Assembly: GCA_040437565.1 (NCBI GenBank)
Contig: JBDOQK010000029.1
Coordinates: 62,001-126,000 of the forward strand
Source of the DNA: Albugo candida
Lineage: Eukaryota
Direction: 5' to 3'
Length of the DNA: 64,000 nt
The position numbers and the translations under genes were made by a program. This document shows positions 12,201 through 23,971 of this stretch, in pieces (within the stretch, counting starts at the first letter, position 1; each line of letters starts with the position of its first letter). The notes under the pieces are model-generated. The model was not told the DNA's origin. It was given only the letters and a program-made list of their open reading frames with translations, and ran no database searches.

Positions 12201-13653
12201 GGTGCAGTAGAAAGACTCAAGGCGAGACCGGTTGCATGTGGGAACGAGCAAGTCTTCGGTGTTGACTACTCGCTTACCTTCGCCGCTGTGATGGACATGT
12301 CGACAATGAAGGTGATCCTGGGACTTGAGGTGATATGGGGTGGACCGGCAAAGCATGGTAATATACCAAGTGCTTACGTTAGAGCTAACAAGGAGGAGCA
12401 CCTGGATATATTGATGCATGTACCAAGCGGCATTAAATCAACGAAGAGCAGTACAAGAGACTTGGAGTGACTAGAAAATGCTACGTCGGGATCGAGCTGA
12501 AGAAGAGCCACTAGGGGCTTAAGCAAGCAGGACGACTTTGGAGTCAACTGCTGCTGACAAAACTTCAAGACGCAGGATTCAAACAGTGCATTAGTGATAT
12601 GTGTCTATACTTTAAGCGCGACGGTCACGAGATGATAATAGTATGTGTCTGCGTTGATAACCTTCTAGTCACAGCGACCACGGTTGAAGGCGTCTATTGG
12701 TTTTTTATGGCTACGAAATCGCTTTCGAACAAGAATCTAGGACCAGTGTCAAAATTTCTTGGTATTCGAGTGAAGGCGCTCGACACGTGCGCGTACGTTC
12801 TGGACCAGGAGGACGCGATTGATGAGATTCTTCGAGAGCACGGGCTAGTGTTGGCTAATTCTTCATGTACACCGATCAGTGACGACTGCTACAATGAAGT
12901 TGGATCGAGCAGTGTCCTTCTAAAGAAAATTGCAGAGGCTGGAAAAACAACAATCAAGTCGTTTCAGCCCCTAGCCTACTGTTGCTCGCGCGATATACTC
13001 GGTCTGATATCACGTTTGCGGTGCACAAGGCAACACGTCAAACACATGACCCAAAGGAACAAGATTGGAAACTGGAAAAGAGAATAGCCGATACCTCGCT
13101 GGGAGCAAGGTAATGCGACTCGATATGCGCACTGATGTAAAGAGCAAAGGTGAAGTTGATCAAAAATCCTACAGCAATGCGGACTTCGCCGCAGACCTGA
13201 GCGACAGGATGTCTCTAACTGGAACAATATTGATGCTTACCAGAATGCCCGTGAGCTGAGCTGCGAAGAAACAAGGAGGAGTTTCGCTCCCGACAATGGA
13301 AGCCGAGTTTGTAGCAGCGTCAGAAACGGCTCGCGATCTACTCGGAGTCCGGGAAATGCTAATGGAAGTTGGAATGACGCCAATTCTGCCCATGGATGCA
13401 CATAGATAATCAAGAGGCTATTCGTCAGATCGAAGGCGAGGCTTCTTCATTGAGGGCTAAACATATCGACGTGCGCCTCAAGTCTATTTAGGACTTTGTT
13501 AATCGGGGCATCCTTGAGCCACGCTACGTCCCGTCCGAGCTCATGCTCGCGGACCTATTGACCAAGGCAGTAGACAAGCACAAGCTCGCTAAGCTGCGAT
13601 TGCTAGTGGGTTTACACTAGCTAAGGTGCCGATGATGAATTCGCGAGGAGGAG

Positions 13654-13909
13654 TGTTAAGAAGGGTTTATTGTTGTCAATTCCCGCTATCGCACGATGAC
13701 TGGTGGTAACGGCACAGGATTACCGACGCGCCGGCCAGGCGATTTCTAATGCGTGACTATAGGATTAGTAATGCGCGGTATGGAAAACTGTCAAGGTATA
13801 GTTGAAGAAAGCAGTAGGCTTAGGGTAGCCAAAGCGTTTGCGAACTAAGAACCAAAATATATTTCAGTATTCAATTTGTTACCTGCTGAGCACTACGCGT
13901 CTTTTAACA
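13654..13909 (+). repeat. 3' LTR (256 bp)
   Basis: Preceded by the polypurine tract gaggaggag. About 18 substitutions and 1 indel versus the 5' LTR by manual count. Confidence 0.95.
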
Positions 13910-15262
13910 AATTGTCTTTGGTGTGTGGCAGCTTGCAAATGCGACAATGCCATAGCACTAGGTATGATTCTAGAGTTGGTGAATTTGTGTCGCAAGTGAT
14001 AAATACTTGAGTGACACGGTTCAAGACGGCACCAAAGAATTGTATGCACGCTGCACGCTATGTATTTGAAATGTCATTACGGTCTGATATTAAATGCCCT
14101 AGATATGTGCGCTAAAGTCCGCGGGCTCAAGATCCATTCGAGACACCTCGTCTGCTTAATCATCCTTTATTTACTTTCGATGGAATGATACACTTGATCG
14201 CTATGTATTGTCTCCAGATGGAGTTAGATCGCTTTTTGTGCGTAAAAGTATTGCAAATGAGCATGAAATCTCGTTCCTTGAGTGCCGTGACATCTTGAAG
14301 AGCATGGTAGAGCTCCACTGGACGAAGAGAGGTCAGGAATAGATTGCACGATCTCGATCTATGTTTGCCCTCACTTCGTCCTATAGAGCTTTACCATACT
14401 CTTCGATTCCACGGCGCATTGTCGTGGTGCCACAGGCTCACTATGATCATGCATAGAGCAAGATTTGGTCTCGTACGAATGTCCAAAAAGTTCTGCAAGA
14501 TAGAACCAATGATCTTTCCAACAAATGCTTAGAAATCTATAACATCGTGAAGATAACACGTCCACAGCATGTGCTTCAAAAGCGGATCAACGTCCGTGGT
14601 GAAACATAAGAAATTATCGAGACACAGAGGCTCGTGCTTGTGAGGATGGTCTGAGAAAGTCGACGAGTCGTGTAGCTTGGCTGGCTACTAGGTCAAAAGG
14701 ATGCGGCATCTTTTTTGAGTGGTTGGAAGACGAGCACATTTATATCTTTAATTCTCAGTACACTGAAGGGAAAGGTTGGATCGAACATGTCCAATATCGT
14801 GTACAGCTGCCTCTTTTGCCGACTCCATTTTGCCAGCTTTTTTCCTCTAAGTATGATGTAACTTTCGCTATGTTACTTGTGAAGGAACCATACAAAAGGA
14901 AGATAGATATTGCAAGCAGCCCGCTGGTACAATTGAGCATAATTGAACCGCGTCACCATACCGTTTATGGACTGAGATGCTATGACGTGAAGACATGCGT
15001 CAAGCAGGAATGTAACGCAATTAATCGATTGTGTTATTCGGTCGCTGCATTGACGACGATCAAAAATGCATGAGACAAGCCAAACTATAGTTGATGGGAC
15101 AGGAGCCAGTAGGTCCGTGTAAAGTACCAAATTAAATATAGCGCTGACTTCGCGCGATGCGTNNNNNNNNNNNNNNNNNNNNNNNNNNNNNNNNNNNNNN
15201 NNNNNNNNNNNNNNNNNNNNNNNNNNNNNNNNNNNNNNNNNNNNNNNNNNNNNNNNNNNNNN

Positions 15263-15666
15263 CAAAGTGTACCCTCGTCGATACTATGCGTTTGCACTCT
15301 TGTACTTTACAGGAAGTGATCATTTCAACCGAAGTATGCGCCTATATGCCAGAAAAAGAGGCTGGTCATTATCAGATCGATTTCTCAAGCCAGTAATGCG
15401 TAACTCTGGACATAAAATTGAAGCCGGAGATAGTGTGAAGTGCACAGACGAAGTCGAAATTTTCATTGCTCTAGGGCTCGAGTATAAGGTGTGTTTGTAC
15501 GTTTCTTGCGATTCCTTTATGTCTCAGCAAACGTCAATAGGATCCACTCGAGCGGAATTGTTTCGATGTACGTTTTTTGAAAGAGGATGAAGAAAGCGGC
15601 AAAGGTTCCAGGATAGGTGCTGATGGGCCAGATTCGATCAATAAACAAGAGATTGAGAATACGTAG
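15263..15666 (+). CDS. POLL: Family X DNA polymerase (pol lambda-like), C-terminal part; 5' end lost in the gap
   Basis: FALLYFTGSDHFNRSMRLYARKRGWSLS...DEVEIFIALGLEYK, intron 15489-15540, then DPLER. These are the pol X thumb-region motifs. Confidence 0.85.
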
Positions 15667-15737
15667 AAGCTATCTTACGTGCGAAATAGCTCGATTTAAA
15701 TAACCTATGCCACCTTATTCACCGAGCTAGCAAAGTT

Positions 15738-16764
15738 TTATCGCGTTCTGGTCGAGAAATCAAATATTTGATGAATTGCAAGTGATTCCCATATCGCTAA
15801 TATGAAGTAGCTCTCGAGCATTACGAGCTTACTCTTCACGGCTGCAGAAGTACTGCCATACTTTCCAGTGACTGCTACTCTGAACCCAGTACTGCCATTT
15901 TCATTTTGCGTCTTTTCGAATTTCCATAGGTAACACTCATCCGTCCACACAAAATAATGCGCATCTTCGGGAAGAGGAAGAATCGACTTGACCAGTATTC
16001 CATACACGTCTTTTTCAATTTGCACACGTGCAATGATTGAGATTGAATGTCTTGAAAATGACTCGCCCGTAAATTGGTGAATGTCACGAATCAAAAGTGT
16101 GTTGTCATCCACTTTTTTCAGTATCTACCTTTGTAGAGAAAAACATAATATAGTGCTTGATAGTGAATTAGTAACTCGAACATCAACGTACACAGAATTT
16201 TGTTCTTCTTCGATCTAAACGACTTTGCATCACTTCATCCGTATGTAAAAGCCATGTCTTATCGACTGCCTCCGAGATGTCGGCTATTTCAAAAGTTTTC
16301 TCTGAAATCATGTGAAGGTACACGGGTTTGAGATCACATCTTGTAGTCCAGCCGAAAAATTCTTGTGCTTGGCCGCTGACACGATGATGTAACATCTCAT
16401 CTAGAGCCGATTGCAAAATTTTCCCAAGTTCACGATCAGCTGGATGCCTGATGCTTCGTAGCAGCTGAAGCGAATCCGTCGCGTGCTTCAAGACAAGGCC
16501 TGATGAGTATACCATGTCACGCAGCAATCTTTCATAACGTACCGGTAAAGTTTGCTGCACCTTCTCGGCAAATTTTTTTCTTTTCTGATTTTCATACAGA
16601 AGAAAATTCTGTTGACGTCGCAAGCATTTAGTTAACTCCATAATTTCGGAGTACTTTTCGATCCGCTTTCGTTTACTGGATGGTACATGTCTGATATCTT
16701 GCTTTGAGAAGTTTTGTAGCCTGTTTGCCAGCGCGGTTTCCAAATGTATTACTTCAGTTTCCAT
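15738..16764 (-). CDS. Oomycete M96 mating-specific-like protein (at least 2 exons; may extend to 16955)
   Basis: N-terminal coiled coil, then FFGW..., EKTF...AVDKTW, ILKKVDDNTLLIRD, a pattern typical of M96-like proteins. Intron near 16130-16190. Confidence 0.55.
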
Positions 16765-18845
16765 CCTTTTTGTCGTAACCTAGTTAAGCGCAACTTCAGT
16801 ACCTTCTTTAGCCAAGGGTGGAATGTGTATAGTGTTTGCAGTGAAAAGACCCCTACACGTACGATAGAAAAGGATTTTAAAACAGTAGGTATGTGGGTAT
16901 CGTGGACGATTTTCGATGCGGTAAAACTCGTCCCAGAAACTTTCGATTCAGGCATCTACGCTCTGAGATGAAGTACTTTCGTTGTGCGCGTCATGTGCGT
17001 GCAGCACTAAAAATATTACAAAACAAGCCAGTGTTATGCAAACCTACATTCAAGTAAGTGCCTTTCCGTCGCCGTGTGGTGACGTGACGTGACAACTACC
17101 ATGCTCTATAATCGTGAAATTGTCTTCAAACGGATCAAAAACACTCCAACGTCGAGGTAGTCACGTCACAGGACGAGTTTGCTATGATAAGGATCATTAA
17201 GTTGCCGTCTTGCCAAAATTTCAAAAGGATTAGATGGCCTTTCAATGATTGAGATCACGGTCTTATAAAGTGTTGATCTGTTAGAATATAACATGGAAGT
17301 GGTATCACCGTATCTACATATGCATCTGAGCTTGGACATTGCGAGAGGCTACTTCAGATATTTTTGCCATAAAGTCACATGTTTTTTTGATGAACGATTT
17401 TGAAATGCGTGTAACAAATGTGAACCGTGCAGTCGTGTCCGAGTGTCGATAGCTTGGCTGGAGAAGAATGTCTAATATCCTCTGATCTTCCAATAACTGG
17501 GCTTGAAAAGATAAAATTCCGCAGCTCAAGGTCATGATGCTATATCATACGTCAATGATGAGCAAGCAAAACTTCTTCAACCATGCTTTAATACCGTCAA
17601 CATGGCTTTTTGATTACTGCCTAAAGCTAACTTTCTCGATGAGTATGAATTTGAGTTTGCTTAGTCATCTACCGCCGCAGCTTTTTCCATAATGTGTGGC
17701 AGAATTGCTCCATTGCGCCTCTTTTTTCCCTCTTACCCAACGAACGACTTTACAGAGAATCTTCATTAGCTTGACTGAATTGGTATTAAGACTTTCCATT
17801 TACTTCCAATGTATTAAGACGACACTCGTTGAGATTGACGGCTAGTTAATCCCATCATCTTGAGGTGAATTTGATCATAGAGCTGCATTAGTATAGATGC
17901 ATCGAAGCACCTGGCACGGGCTTGTGTGCAGTTTCGAAACTGACGTTTACTTCCCACCAACAATGTCATTAGGAGCTTTGTCGATTAGGTCGAATATTGT
18001 GCTGTTTCGTTCGTCCGAAGCACAATGTAGCTGAAATCGCTCATATAGTTAGCAGAACTATTTTTTGGTCCTGAGGCCGTATCATGTATCTGTATAGCAT
18101 CTTCAGGCTTGTGTTTCTGATTGTAAGCGTTATAGGCAATGATGTACAAGCGCTTGCACCCTTTCATGCAGGGAAGAACACGTTCAGTGCTCCGAAGCCA
18201 TCGCAAGGCATAATCATATATTACCGATAACAAACTCAGCATGTTGCATCCGATTTAACGACACCCCAAGCTGCAACAAGGCGAAGTGTGGAACTCCAAG
18301 TATGTCACTTAGCCTTACTGTACGCAAAAGACTCTCATCGTTGTTTGCGCAATTGCATCCATGTGAATACTGAAGACAGTCAATCTTCAAATAAATATAT
18401 ATTTCGGTTGCGTTTTACTAAGGCCTAAATCAAATTTCTCATTCCGCACTTGGCACTTATTCGGTCTCAGATTCCCTGGGGAGTGACCCTATCCACTTGT
18501 GATAGCAGAGACCCGCTTGAATCTCAGTTTTCTTACCCTAAGATAGCACTTTTGGAAACAGCCGTAATGTGCACACTTGATAGCAAGTATTCGATGATAC
18601 ACTGTTGATCTGACCGGCCATAATAGGCGAGTCTTCCTATTCAAGATGGTGATACTAGATACACCCATGCTCAAACCTGATGGTAGGAACGGCGTCGATC
18701 CACTTGTGTAATGCAATCTTGTGTGTGCATTGATGGAAGTGATCAATGCTGAAAACTTTCAAGCAATACAATATTACTGGATGTAAAGATGGGTTTATTG
18801 ACCAATCGTGTCTACCGCTTTTGACTGGCAACAAAGTACAGAGCA

Positions 18846-21209
18846 ATGTCTGACGATGACGATTTAAAGCTTATTGTGCTCAATTTTGGTAAATGGAAGG
18901 AAGCTAAATGCATGGAAGACCTACTCAAGGAAAATCAAATCGATTACAGTAAAGTGAAAAAGGTTCGGCATCAGTCCTATGGCTTTATTCTGTTTGAGAG
19001 CGAAGAAACGAAGGAGCAAGCGATGTCGAAGCTTCAAGCGCTGAAATGGAAAGACAAATTGCTAGAAGTAAAAGCTGTATTACCCAAAAGGAGTTTGAAA
19101 CCATTGAAGAAAAGGAAGAAAGGCACAAAGGATAAGGAACCTGATGATCCTTTGGATGCAACTCAAGCAGAGCCAGAGCAAGCAATGGATGCTTCAGATG
19201 CGGTGACCCCATGGGTAAAGATTCCATATCAGGATCAGTTGGAGAAGAAAAACACACTGCTGAAAAGAGCATTAATCAAAATGGTGCGTCATAATCGAAA
19301 AGAGTACACAAAAAAAGAAAAAAGGGCGTTTGTACAGCAACAAAAAAGGAACAAAAGTGAGAAAAATTCTAACTGCGCTAAACAAGAAAATACTGACGCG
19401 AGAAAAAGCTCATCATTACCGCTTTGGTTGGATAGTCATGGCTTATTTTATTTTGTAAGAGATGGCAAGATATTTACCAGCAATGCAGCACAGCCATCCG
19501 CGTGCTCGAATTGGGCTTATCTCATCGAAACAGATGGGATTACAAGCATCGTGTCATTTGGCTCACAGTTGATTGCTGCAAAATCCGACGGCAGTATTTA
19601 CATTTTGGATCAAAAATGGCAAAAGTCTGAGTGGAAGCATCTGTGTGTTGCGCCTTCAACATCGAAGATCGTATCATTGGCTTCTTGTCGGGATGATTTA
19701 TATTGCTGTACGGAAAGCGGCACCATCTACTGGCGCAAGGGCTCTGATGCTCACGATCCTAAAAGTTGGGAGCAGCTAGCTCAATTGTCAGACAGTGCTT
19801 TGATCACCATATCTAATGGCTTTCTGATAGCGTGCGTGTGTCCTCATGATCTGAACGAGTGTAAATGGTATCGTGCTGAAGCTAACCCATCACAATCAGC
19901 TCAAAGCGAGTTCCAATCGTACGATGTCAAAGTCACCGACGTCGTGCTCGGTCTGACTTCCCATGATGCCAACCTTATCATTCTCACAGAGAACTCTTTG
20001 ATGTATGTTAATTTTGACGGGAAAGTGTGCAATACGTTTGATACAGACATACCAAATGCACTGTCCATCGAGTCTTTTGCAATACACAAAGGTCTGTGCT
20101 GTCCATTTGAATCGATTCAAGCATCACCTGAGACTGAAGGATATCGAAATAAATGCGAATTCACAATCGGTTGTGATGAAGAGGGTCATCCTTGTGTGGG
20201 CTTTCGGCTGGGGCTCTTCAAGAATGGTTCTGTTACAGTCAGCAAACCCGGGAATTGTATCAATGTATCGCCGATAATGAAAAGAGTTTGCAAAGTGGTA
20301 CAAGACATGGTCATATTATCAGAATTTCCGATATTCAATGTCGAGTCACGTGAAGGTGTATGGAAGCAGCTCACAGTTCGTCATAGTGCCAGAACTCAGC
20401 AGTTGATGGTGATTTTCCAGCTGGATCTGTCGAGTCTGGATGATTCACAGCAGACTACTCTCCAGAAATTTATCATTGATAAGCTGGTTGGAGCACTAGA
20501 CGTAACATCTGTGTATATGCAAGCTTATCAAGGTCGTTCAGATTCGTCTGATCGAAACGAGGCGCTAAAGCTACTCCGTGGCAATCCCTTTATCACTGAA
20601 AAATTATTTGATTTAGATTTCAACATATCACCCGAAGCTTTTTTCCAAGTGAACACCAATGCAGCTGAGATTTTGTATGCAAAAGTCCGTGAGATGATAA
20701 AAGTCGACAAAAATACATTGCTTTACGATGTGTGTTGTGGAACCGGTACTATCGGCCTTTGTTGTGCTAAAGATGCTGGAGAGATTATCGGGATCGAAAT
20801 GTGCAAAGCAGCAACTGAAGATGCCAAAAGAAATGCCATTCTCAATCACATTGACAACATCTCGTTCGTCAATGGTAAAGCTGAAGAAGTGATGAAAGAC
20901 ATATTACAAACAACTCAACAAGACGCACAAATAAATGCTGTGACCGTGGTTGTTGATCCTCCTCGAGCTGGGCTACATTTCAAGGTTTTACGTGCATTAC
21001 GGGCTTGTTCTCCTGTGAGACGTATTGTGTATGTCTCTTGCAATCCAACACAATCACTGATTCAAGATAGTTCAATGCTATGCGGTCCGAAGACAAGCGC
21101 ACTTGTAGGCGAAGCCTTCCGCCCTGTACGAGCAGCAGCAGTCGATATGTTTCCGCATACTCCTCACTGCGAAATGGTTGTCGTGTTTGAGCGTGGTAGT
21201 TCACAATAG
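18846..21209 (+). CDS. TRMT2A: tRNA (uracil-5)-methyltransferase TRM2/TRMT2A homolog with an internal insertion
   Basis: N-terminal RRM-like region, VTPW...Y..QLEKK, GYRNKCEF, ISPEAFFQVNT, DVCCGTGTIG, VVDPPRAG, YVSCN, VDMFPHTPHCE. Confidence 0.95.
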   Translation: MSDDDDLKLIVLNFGKWKEAKCMEDLLKENQIDYSKVKKVRHQSYGFILFESEETKEQAMSKLQALKWKDKLLEVKAVLPKRSLKPLKKRKKGTKDKEPDDPLDATQAEPEQAMDASDAVTPWVKIPYQDQLEKKNTLLKRALIKMVRHNRKEYTKKEKRAFVQQQKRNKSEKNSNCAKQENTDARKSSSLPLWLDSHGLFYFVRDGKIFTSNAAQPSACSNWAYLIETDGITSIVSFGSQLIAAKSDGSIYILDQKWQKSEWKHLCVAPSTSKIVSLASCRDDLYCCTESGTIYWRKGSDAHDPKSWEQLAQLSDSALITISNGFLIACVCPHDLNECKWYRAEANPSQSAQSEFQSYDVKVTDVVLGLTSHDANLIILTENSLMYVNFDGKVCNTFDTDIPNALSIESFAIHKGLCCPFESIQASPETEGYRNKCEFTIGCDEEGHPCVGFRLGLFKNGSVTVSKPGNCINVSPIMKRVCKVVQDMVILSEFPIFNVESREGVWKQLTVRHSARTQQLMVIFQLDLSSLDDSQQTTLQKFIIDKLVGALDVTSVYMQAYQGRSDSSDRNEALKLLRGNPFITEKLFDLDFNISPEAFFQVNTNAAEILYAKVREMIKVDKNTLLYDVCCGTGTIGLCCAKDAGEIIGIEMCKAATEDAKRNAILNHIDNISFVNGKAEEVMKDILQTTQQDAQINAVTVVVDPPRAGLHFKVLRALRACSPVRRIVYVSCNPTQSLIQDSSMLCGPKTSALVGEAFRPVRAAAVDMFPHTPHCEMVVVFERGSSQ

Positions 21210-21296
21210 TTCTGATGTAGTAGATTTTCTATGAACAGCAGGTAGCGCAACTTGCAATACATTAAGTTACAAGAAGCACGGAAATTTGAGTTGTAC

Positions 21297-23045
21297 TCAA
21301 TCTAACTCGGCAGCTGGTAGTGCGTTGCTTGAGGCATTGCCAGTCACCGATTGCGTTACTTCTGTCTTAGCTTTCAGCTCTTCCAATTTATTTTCGATCT
21401 CGGTCAAAAAGGTGTCATCTTCATCAATGGCATCATTCGCGGCTTCCGCAATCTGATCCAGTTGTTTCTTGTCAGCTAATCGAGCTTCGTCTGTGTGAAT
21501 CTCTAGTATCTTCTTTTCCTCGCCATTCATGCTCGCTTTGACCGTAAGCACACCTTTACTGCTCACTTGTACTTGGAGAATGATTTCTGTTTCTCCTTTC
21601 GGCAAAGGTGCGATGCCACTGACACACATTCGTGCCAAAAGCGTATTTTTCTCAGCAATTGCTCGTTCGCCTTCGTATATTTCGATCAGTACTTCAGTTT
21701 GGTTATCTTCCCATGTCGTGAATGTTTCAGTCATTTTTGCAGGCAAAATCGCATCACGATGTATAAGTGTGTGAACATTTCCATGCACCAATCCCACTGA
21801 AAGTGATAGAGGAACAGCATTGACGTTGACGTGTTGGTCTAAGGAATCAAGAGGAATCGCTTCATCCAATAGCTTTTCCAGGGTGGCTGCTTCGATCGTT
21901 GCTCCATTGGCAACTACTTCATCGGGCGAAAGATGGAAATGCATGTTCACGTCTTTAAAATAACTTTGAATTTTCTCTTGTATGAGAGGAATTCGACAAG
22001 AGCCACCAACCAGAATGATATGATCCACATTTTCTTTCTCAGTATCCGCGTTTACCAGCACTTTGTCAATTTCTTCGAAAATGAAACGCACATGCTTTTG
22101 AATTAGTTCTTCAAATCGTGGGCGCGATAACTTCATTGAAAAGTCCTGATCTTCTAAAAGAGAATCGACTTCGATCGAGACTTGATTTTGAGCTGATAAA
22201 GACCGCTTTGCTTGTTCACAAGCCAAGCTCAATCTAATCATCGCTTTACGATTCTTGTGAATATCCACCTTCGTCTTTCGCAAAAACGATTGAGCACAGT
22301 GATCCACAACAATCTTGGTAAGATCTTCTCCTCCTCGACCTTCATGACCACCGTCAGCAACAATCTCAAACAATCCCTTATCAACGCTCAATAAAGTGAT
22401 AGCTGTGGTAGCACCGCCAATATCAACCACCAGAATCAACTCTGCTTGGCATTGATTGGCTTTCTTGTAATTGTTGGGTTTCCAATCATCGAATCCATAC
22501 GCAATTGCCGCGGCAATTGGATCAGGAAGATATGACATGATATCAAGTTGAGCTTCCTTGGCTGCTTGTGTCAATAATTGCTGTTGTCGATCGGTGCAGT
22601 GGATTGAGGTAGTAAATACAGCTTTATCAATAGTAAGACCGGTGTAATCTTGTGCCAAAGTCTTGAGATTACGGAGCAAAAGAGTGACGAACTCAACTGC
22701 TGCGATTTTATACACTTCCCCGTTGCGTTTGGTTACTGCTACCGTTTGTGCTTCGTCTTTGCCATCTTTTTCGACTTTGAAGAACCATTCATTCACGTGT
22801 GGATTCTCAGCAATTTCTTCATACTTTTTACCGAGCAAGCGTCGCAAGTGGAAGACAATATTATCTGCATGCGTATGCAATTTATTCTGAGCAGTATCAC
22901 CGACAATGATTTCATCGTTTTCAAAGCAGATGTAAGCTGGTGTTGTGCGAAATCCCTGATCATTGGCGATGATAGTTACTTTTCCATTGTACCAGACCCC
23001 AACACATCCATGCGTTGTTCCAATATCGATTCCTAATGCGACCAT
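21297..23045 (-). CDS. HSPA14: Atypical Hsp70, HSPA14/Ssz1-like
   Basis: [42 protein letters not shown]. Shortened C-terminus without EEVD. Likely start MVALG at 23045 (alternative 23072). Confidence 0.8.
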   Translation of the reverse strand: MVALGIDIGTTHGCVGVWYNGKVTIIANDQGFRTTPAYICFENDEIIVGDTAQNKLHTHADNIVFHLRRLLGKKYEEIAENPHVNEWFFKVEKDGKDEAQTVAVTKRNGEVYKIAAVEFVTLLLRNLKTLAQDYTGLTIDKAVFTTSIHCTDRQQQLLTQAAKEAQLDIMSYLPDPIAAAIAYGFDDWKPNNYKKANQCQAELILVVDIGGATTAITLLSVDKGLFEIVADGGHEGRGGEDLTKIVVDHCAQSFLRKTKVDIHKNRKAMIRLSLACEQAKRSLSAQNQVSIEVDSLLEDQDFSMKLSRPRFEELIQKHVRFIFEEIDKVLVNADTEKENVDHIILVGGSCRIPLIQEKIQSYFKDVNMHFHLSPDEVVANGATIEAATLEKLLDEAIPLDSLDQHVNVNAVPLSLSVGLVHGNVHTLIHRDAILPAKMTETFTTWEDNQTEVLIEIYEGERAIAEKNTLLARMCVSGIAPLPKGETEIILQVQVSSKGVLTVKASMNGEEKKILEIHTDEARLADKKQLDQIAEAANDAIDEDDTFLTEIENKLEELKAKTEVTQSVTGNASSNALPAAELD

Positions 23046-23971
23046 TTTATTTGACTCAAAATGGATGGACAATAATGCAATAGCTCATGCAGCTGTGTCC
23101 TTATTTCGGGTGGCGTACATTATTTGTGTCAGTATGACACGCCAAAAAAAGCGACAGCGGGATGCAGATGGTGGTGCTCAAGAAGCTTCAAGTAGCGGCA
23201 CAGACCGATCTACCTCGCTGTCGAAATATGCTCATTTGAAAGCAGACTCACTGTGGTCTCAGCTACTGGGTTTGATAGAACCGTTGGACTTTTTTTCGAC
23301 ATATTTTGAGAAGAAACCATTGCTGATCCGCGAGAGAGGACTGAAGCGCCAACTTTTCAGCAAAAATCTATTCACACGTGATTTCTTACTGGAAATTGTC
23401 GATCAATATAATCTTTCCCACGGCGCAGATTTCATTTTATGCAAGTACATCGATTTTAAACGGATCGATTACGAAGTGCCAACACGAAAAAGTGATGCAA
23501 AAATTTGCTCGGCCATGATGAAAGCGTGTTTTCGGGATTCATATAGCTGCCAATTCTACCAGCCACAGCGGTACTCCGATGATCTCCACCGTTTGTGTGC
23601 CTCATTCGAGAATACATTTGGGTGTTTGACGGGCTCAAGTGTATATTTGACTCCACCNNNNNNNNNNNNNNNNNNNNNNNNNNNNNNNNNNNNNNNNNNN
23701 NNNNNNNNNNNNNNNNNNNNNNNNNNNNNNNNNNNNNNNNNNNNNNNNNNNNNNNNNTTCAAAGCAGATGTAAGCTGGTGTTGTGCGAAATCCCTGATCA
23801 TTGGCGATGATAGTTACTTTTCCATTGTACCAGACCCCAACACATCCATGCGTTGTTCCAATATCGATTCCTAATGCGACCATTTTATTTGACTCAAAAT
23901 GGATGGACAATAATGCAATAGCTCATGCAGCTGTGTCCTTATTTCGGGTGGCGTACATTATTTGTGTCAGT

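Larger units (their letters stand above)
8942..13909 (+). mobile_element. Ty1/copia LTR retrotransposon, full length, coding region decayed
   Basis: LTRs 8942-9198 and 13654-13909 with TG..CA ends. 5-bp TSD AATTG (8937-8941 and 13910-13914). PBS at 9199, PPT at 13645-13653. Domains in copia order: gag CCHC knuckle ([14 protein letters not shown]), protease ([10 protein letters not shown]), integrase (HQRFGH, CVTC, NGKAERMHRT), RT (KWVFKTK, LKAR.VACG, GLKQAGR), RNase H (YSNADFA, STMEAEFVA). Many stops and frameshifts. Confidence 0.97.

Noticed and set aside
14320..14375. RR..LHDLDL as the pol X catalytic DxD motif upstream of the pol lambda fragment
   Set aside because: No GS.RRG motif or other pol X sequence nearby, and it lies across an unbridged gap; likely chance.
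13915..15162. Short ORFs between the copia element and the gap
   Set aside because: No consistent gene model or family motif could be built on either strand.
18460..18700. TPP riboswitch-like words (ctgaga, aacctgat)
   Set aside because: The words fall on opposite strands with wrong spacing and no supporting stems.
21297..21311. C-terminal AELD as an ER-retention signal (BiP)
   Set aside because: Not a KDEL/HDEL-type ending, and the protein has no signal peptide.
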